Under the pieces are notes generated by a model. The model saw nothing but the letters and a program-made list of their open reading frames with translations. It was not told where the DNA came from and did no database searches. A program made the position numbers and the translations under genes. DNA of 47,534 bases, taken from assembly GCA_045635705.1 (NCBI GenBank), contig JAZTWE010000006.1, positions 1-47,534 on the forward strand, read 5' to 3'. The DNA comes from Candidatus Enterousia sp. (GTDB taxonomy: Bacteria > Pseudomonadota > Alphaproteobacteria > Rs-D84). Of this stretch, positions 43,593-47,534 are shown in pieces; position 1 is the first letter of the stretch, and each line of letters starts with the position of its first letter.

Positions 43593-43862
43593 ATGAAAAG
43601 GTTGATGTTTTGTTTTATAACATTGTCTGCCATGGCGGTTGAACCAGGCACAGAATGTCCGCCTGGACGTGTTTTATTAGATGCCCCATATGTAAGTTTG
43701 GTTTCTGATTCTTGTCCTGTTGGGACAATCGATATGGGGCCAGCAGAATCTTGTTTGGGCTTGTTCATAGCAGATACATGTTATATGTACGCACCGGTGG
43801 GCGTATCGTACACTGATACCAGTGGGACATACGAATACATAGAACCGTGTGCAATGCAGTAA
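43593..43862 (+). CDS. Short secreted Cys-rich protein carrying the family D-x-x-G-T-(F/Y) motif
   Basis: Signal MKRLMFCFITLSAMA. ECPPGRV and SCPVGT (C-P-x-G) motifs. The C-terminus DTSGTYEYIEPCAMQ parallels DIGAFTITSPCGY, DTAGTFVMG and DSTGTFMYDDDC in the long paralogs. Confidence 0.6.
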   Translation: MKRLMFCFITLSAMAVEPGTECPPGRVLLDAPYVSLVSDSCPVGTIDMGPAESCLGLFIADTCYMYAPVGVSYTDTSGTYEYIEPCAMQ

Positions 43863-43889
43863 AAAATCCCCCGTTTGGGGGATTTTTTA
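43861..43889. terminator. Bidirectional terminator
   Basis: AAAAAATCCCCC-GTTT-GGGGGATTTTTT. Confidence 0.8.
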
Positions 43890-45155
43890 TGGACACTGTG
43901 CCAATTGTCGCAAGACATTTTGTACATCGTTGTTTATTGATACTGTAATCTCGCGCTGCAGGCCGTCCTTGTATGTATAATTAAATTGTGTGTCTTTAAA
44001 TTCTGGCAATGCATTGTAAACCTGTTGGAACGGTGCCAGCATTGCTGTAAACCACTGGCGGCCACGACACAGGCATCCGTTGCGAACATCAGCCGCCACC
44101 ACAGATGTTGCGGTGTTTGGATATTGGCTGTCCAGGTCATAATCGGTCATCATCAGGCAACGCGACCCAAAGCCATAGAAATTCGCATCGTCTGACAAGA
44201 ATTTGTACACCAGTCCATCGCTGGCCCCGGCTTGCTTTAATGCGTGTGCCATACCGTCTGTGCAACATGCCTGGGCGCTGCGCATCAGCATTTTATATCT
44301 GTCCAGCAGTGGTGCAGAAACTTCTTCGTTCGCAGTAATATGTTTGTTACAGTTTGCTGCGGCAACAAAGTCACTAATTTTTGTGTCGCGTAATTTTGGA
44401 CTGCGTGGCGAAACTGTTTCACGAACGATTGGTTTGCGTCGCCAAATTTCACATTCTGTTTCTGATTCAAATGGGCAGCCATCATCGTTGCCAAATGTTT
44501 CCTGTACGATGACGGTCATGTCCTGGGCGACATATTCCTTGCGTGGTGCACTTTCGAACCACAGGTTGTCGGCCGGTTTTTGTGGTGCCAACAATTCCTC
44601 GACGCGTGCGCGCGTTGCAGCCGCATCGGCCATATTTTGTTGATATAACTGCATTGGATCAGGTTCGCCTGCATCACGCAGATAAATTTCTAGTGTGTCG
44701 GCCAAGAACCAATCGCTAAAATCTTTGTATTTATAGCTGGCAATTGAATCATCCCAAATTGGCACGCCATCGCGCCAGTCAACCGTTTTGTCGGCGGTTG
44801 GGCCGCTGTATTCGCCATGCACGCCGTCCCACAGTGCGGGGCGCGTGTCTTCTGGTACTGGCTTTATAGACAGCATTTTTGCGCTAACTGTGCGCATGGG
44901 AATTTGTGTCGTTGGAATGTATTCAAATTCAGGTTCGTTATCCAACCAACCTGTTTCAACAACAGGTGGTGTTGGCTTTGCAACGATATGAATTCTTGAT
45001 TCGCCAGATGGCGTTTCAAAATTTTCGTATGTTTCAAACCCGTCATATACAATCTGTGACAGTTCACAATCAGCCCCTGTGCAATCAGAACAGTGACCCG
45101 ATATCGCGCCACATAAACACAGCAGTGACGAAAAAATAAATATTTTGGTTTTCAT
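43887..45155 (-). CDS. Secreted Cys-containing protein of unknown function
   Basis: ATG at 45155 gives the signal peptide MKTKIFIFSSLLCLCGAISG. About 422 aa, with an acidic middle and a Cys-rich C-terminal third (AQACCTDG..., NGCLCRGRQW, terminal QCP). ORF open to 45203. Confidence 0.6.
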   Translation of the reverse strand: MKTKIFIFSSLLCLCGAISGHCSDCTGADCELSQIVYDGFETYENFETPSGESRIHIVAKPTPPVVETGWLDNEPEFEYIPTTQIPMRTVSAKMLSIKPVPEDTRPALWDGVHGEYSGPTADKTVDWRDGVPIWDDSIASYKYKDFSDWFLADTLEIYLRDAGEPDPMQLYQQNMADAAATRARVEELLAPQKPADNLWFESAPRKEYVAQDMTVIVQETFGNDDGCPFESETECEIWRRKPIVRETVSPRSPKLRDTKISDFVAAANCNKHITANEEVSAPLLDRYKMLMRSAQACCTDGMAHALKQAGASDGLVYKFLSDDANFYGFGSRCLMMTDYDLDSQYPNTATSVVAADVRNGCLCRGRQWFTAMLAPFQQVYNALPEFKDTQFNYTYKDGLQREITVSINNDVQNVLRQLAQCP

Positions 45156-45278
45156 GCCTATAATTATATCACAAAAAAGAATTGTTTTAAACAGGTTTTT
45201 CAATCTTGTTTTTTGGTTGAGGTTTTATCTATGGCTGGCTATACTGTGAATATATTCATAATACCAAAAGGAATAAAG

Positions 45279-46172
45279 ATGAAAAAAATATCAATTTTTG
45301 CATTTTTGGCTGTTGTTTCAATGCCTGCATTTGCAACAGAAATGGTGGACCAGGAATTGTCTCTTGCAGAGCAAGCTGCCCAAAATACAAACGAGGAATA
45401 TCCTGAGGTTAAAACATCAGAAACAAGCAGTTTGCTGCATGGTGTTCAGCTAGGTGTGGGGGTATCTGCTACGGGTGGGTTGAATGGTTTTGTTGGTTAT
45501 GCAAACAAAGATTTTGACTCCTTTTGGGCAAAAAGATTTGGGGTTCGTTTTGATTTTGCCATGACTAAGCCTGTGAAGTCGTTGATAGATAAAGGCATTG
45601 ATTCAGTAATCGGTGACGATGGTGTTGATGTTGGTGATAGTTTGACAATTACAGATGGAAAAATAGATGCCCAGCATTTTGCTGCTTTGGTTGATTTTTA
45701 TCCATTTGGTAATACATGGTTCTTGGGCGGCTGGCGTATAACGGGTGGTTATGCATTTGGTAATATGGATATGTCTGCAAACATCGCAGGAACATTTGAT
45801 GGGCCATCTGGTCGCTATGAATTTGAATTGGCGGGTCAGAAATACGCATACACTGGCAATTCTGTGCATGGTACCGCGGATTTAGATTGGAAGTATCGTG
45901 GCCCATATTTGGGAACTGGTTTTGATATTGGGTTATTCGCAGGGTTAAAGATTTATGTCGATGCAGGTGTTGTGTTTACAAACAAATCTGCTGAATTGTC
46001 GTTGGATGTTCCGACAACAAATCTGCAACAGTTTGATGGTACGACCTGGGTTGCGGCGGACGTGCCCGAACTGGAAGTGGTTAAAGAAAAAGTTTTGGCC
46101 GATGCGCAATCTGATTTAAATGATTTAAAGTTTTATCCTATGGTAAAGCTTGGATTTATGTATCGTTTCTAA
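45279..46172 (+). CDS. Outer-membrane protein, tandem paralog A
   Basis: AAGGA, then an ATG at 45279. Signal MKKISIFAFLAVVSMPAFA. C-terminus YPMVKLGFMYRF (aromatic-x-aromatic beta-signal). Clearly alignable with the next gene, e.g. WKYRGPYLGTGFDIGLFAGLKIYVDAGVVFTNK vs WRYHGPYLGTGFDIGIYRGLKMFIDMGVVFTNR. Confidence 0.7.
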   Translation: MKKISIFAFLAVVSMPAFATEMVDQELSLAEQAAQNTNEEYPEVKTSETSSLLHGVQLGVGVSATGGLNGFVGYANKDFDSFWAKRFGVRFDFAMTKPVKSLIDKGIDSVIGDDGVDVGDSLTITDGKIDAQHFAALVDFYPFGNTWFLGGWRITGGYAFGNMDMSANIAGTFDGPSGRYEFELAGQKYAYTGNSVHGTADLDWKYRGPYLGTGFDIGLFAGLKIYVDAGVVFTNKSAELSLDVPTTNLQQFDGTTWVAADVPELEVVKEKVLADAQSDLNDLKFYPMVKLGFMYRF

Positions 46173-46203
46173 AAAATAGCCACCTGCAGGTGGCTGTTTT
46201 TTT
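46172..46203 (+). terminator. Rho-independent terminator between the tandem paralogs
   Basis: AGCCACCTG-CAGGTGGCT palindrome followed by a T-run. Confidence 0.75.
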
Positions 46204-46255
46204 GCGGAATTTACGCCCGTTGTTCTGTTTTTATATGTGGTGTATTATTTTTTCT

Positions 46256-47050
46256 ATGAAATACACTGTTGCGATTTTTGCCTTGTTGATTATGTGGCCT
46301 GGGTTGTCTGTCGCAGGTTTGTTGAACGGAACTCAGTTTGGACTTGGGGTGTCGCTGACCAGTGGGATAAATGCGTCTGTTGGGTACCATAATCCGGCCA
46401 GCACCAGTTGTTGGGCGCGATATTTTGGGGTGCGCCTGGATGTTGCAAATACGGGGTCGGTAAAGTCTGCGGTTGATTCTGTGGCAGATGCGATTATGGG
46501 CGATGGCATTGATGTTGGTGATGGGGTGCGTATTCATGATGGCAAGATAGATGCGTGGAATTCGTCAGTCTTGCTTGATTGGTATCCTTTGCAGGGGGTA
46601 TGGCGATTATCCGGTGGCTATTATTGGGGAAATATGAATATGGCGGCCGCAATCAGTGGCAGTGTTGTTGGCGCACCAACCCAGCGTTTTTATTTTTACC
46701 TGGCTGGCGACCATTACTATTACAATGGTAATAATTTCAGTGGGAATACTCAGATAGATTGGCGCTATCACGGGCCTTATCTGGGCACAGGGTTTGATAT
46801 TGGTATCTATCGTGGATTGAAAATGTTTATAGATATGGGGGTGGTGTTTACGAATCGTCCTGCACAAATAACGATACATATCCCGCACGAGCAACTATAC
46901 ATATATAATAAAACAACAGGCAACTGGGCGCCGGTGACAATCCCGCAACTCGATTCGGATGTGGCGCGTGCAACGAATGACGGTAACCGTAAATTGTCAG
47001 ACTTTAAATACTATCCAGTTGTAAAACTGGGGCTGCTATACAGATTTTAA
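46256..47050 (+). CDS. Outer-membrane protein, tandem paralog B
   Basis: MKYTVAIFALLIMWPGLSVAG signal; C-terminus YPVVKLGLLYRF. ORF open from 46190. Confidence 0.7.
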   Translation: MKYTVAIFALLIMWPGLSVAGLLNGTQFGLGVSLTSGINASVGYHNPASTSCWARYFGVRLDVANTGSVKSAVDSVADAIMGDGIDVGDGVRIHDGKIDAWNSSVLLDWYPLQGVWRLSGGYYWGNMNMAAAISGSVVGAPTQRFYFYLAGDHYYYNGNNFSGNTQIDWRYHGPYLGTGFDIGIYRGLKMFIDMGVVFTNRPAQITIHIPHEQLYIYNKTTGNWAPVTIPQLDSDVARATNDGNRKLSDFKYYPVVKLGLLYRF

Positions 47051-47233
47051 GCGTTTTTTTACGATTCGTGGCAATATACGAATCGTGTTTTGCACAGAAT
47101 TTATCTCAAAACCGAATCATTTTTTTAGGTATATAAAAATAAAAAATAAAAAATTTTTTAATGCAAAAATGGCGGAAAACTGGGGTTTTTTCCTGTTTTT
47201 GAAATTTTTTGAAAATTATTTTTGAAAAAGCGC

Positions 47234-47262
47234 TTGACTTTTTTGAAGTTTGAGCGCATACT
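47234..47262 (+). promoter_or_regulatory. Strong sigma70-type promoter with upstream A/T-tract (UP-element-like) region, possibly for an rRNA or other stable-RNA operon
   Basis: TTGACT (47234-47239), N17, CATACT (47257-47262), preceded by about 130 bp of phased A- and T-tracts (47100-47230). No ORF follows in the remaining 270 nt, which contain several hairpins. Confidence 0.35.
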
Positions 47263-47534
47263 AAGCGGGCTTTCAAGTTGAGACAACAAACAAAAAGACA
47301 CTCAACCCCTGAAATTCTGCGGTTTACGGGACAAACGGTATGAATAGGGTTCCTGATAAACTACGCAAACATTGTGAATAAAAGCAGCTCATCAAAATTC
47401 AAGAAGGGATGTGCAGACAGTTGAATTTGGAATATCCAAACTTTGACTAAGTCAAAAGTGCATATCCTAGACAGGTAGTAGGTTTACATATTAAACCTCG
47501 TTAAAAACTTGTCTTGCGAATTATATATATGTAA

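Overview
This 47.5-kb window is chromosomal DNA from a moderately AT-rich Gram-negative bacterium. Gene content hints at an alphaproteobacterium, possibly an intracellular or symbiotic lineage: LpxI, a DUF4167-like protein, eukaryote-type IleRS, and palindromic repeats that translate as VIPAQAGIQ. This taxonomic call is inference only. The backbone is housekeeping: mreB, rnpA-yidD, accB-accC, tRNA-Val, der, metG-queH, fabD-fabG, mnmG, tRNA-Thr, ileS, nth, lpxI, an RNA uracil methyltransferase, a MacB-type ABC pair, skp, dnaX and rluD. Between these lie accessory loci that look novel. (1) A family of secreted cysteine-rich proteins occurs at 370-1401, 14640-15725 and 26151-27098(-), with short relatives at 43119-43862. 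The three long members share a near-identical cassette of promoter, leader and signal peptide. Its leader contains an 11-codon uORF that exactly spans a terminator-like hairpin, and the hairpin's 3' arm can also pair with the main start codon. (2) An operon of three very large type-IV-pilin-like proteins (35018-38881, minus strand) carries class III signal motifs and PilV/shufflon-N-like motifs. It is translationally coupled and followed by a zinc-ribbon membrane protein and a small secreted protein. A separate small pilin gene is coupled to the 3' end of dnaX. No pilus assembly genes are in the window. (3) A 1052-aa secreted protein has repeated Cys modules. (4) Candidate RNA regulators: an Ile-rich leader peptide plus terminator upstream of ileS, a promoter-to-terminator structured RNA at 5347-5553, and an attenuator-like leader at 42840-43118. 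(5) Other items are an orphan Panacea/SocA-like gene, an orphan VirB11-like ATPase, a MITE-like palindromic repeat family, tandem outer-membrane-protein paralogs and a 19-bp duplication of the tRNA-Val 3' end. No CRISPR array, transposase, integrase or rRNA gene was recognised. All coordinates of small motifs were counted by hand, and all family assignments come from motif recognition, not database searches.
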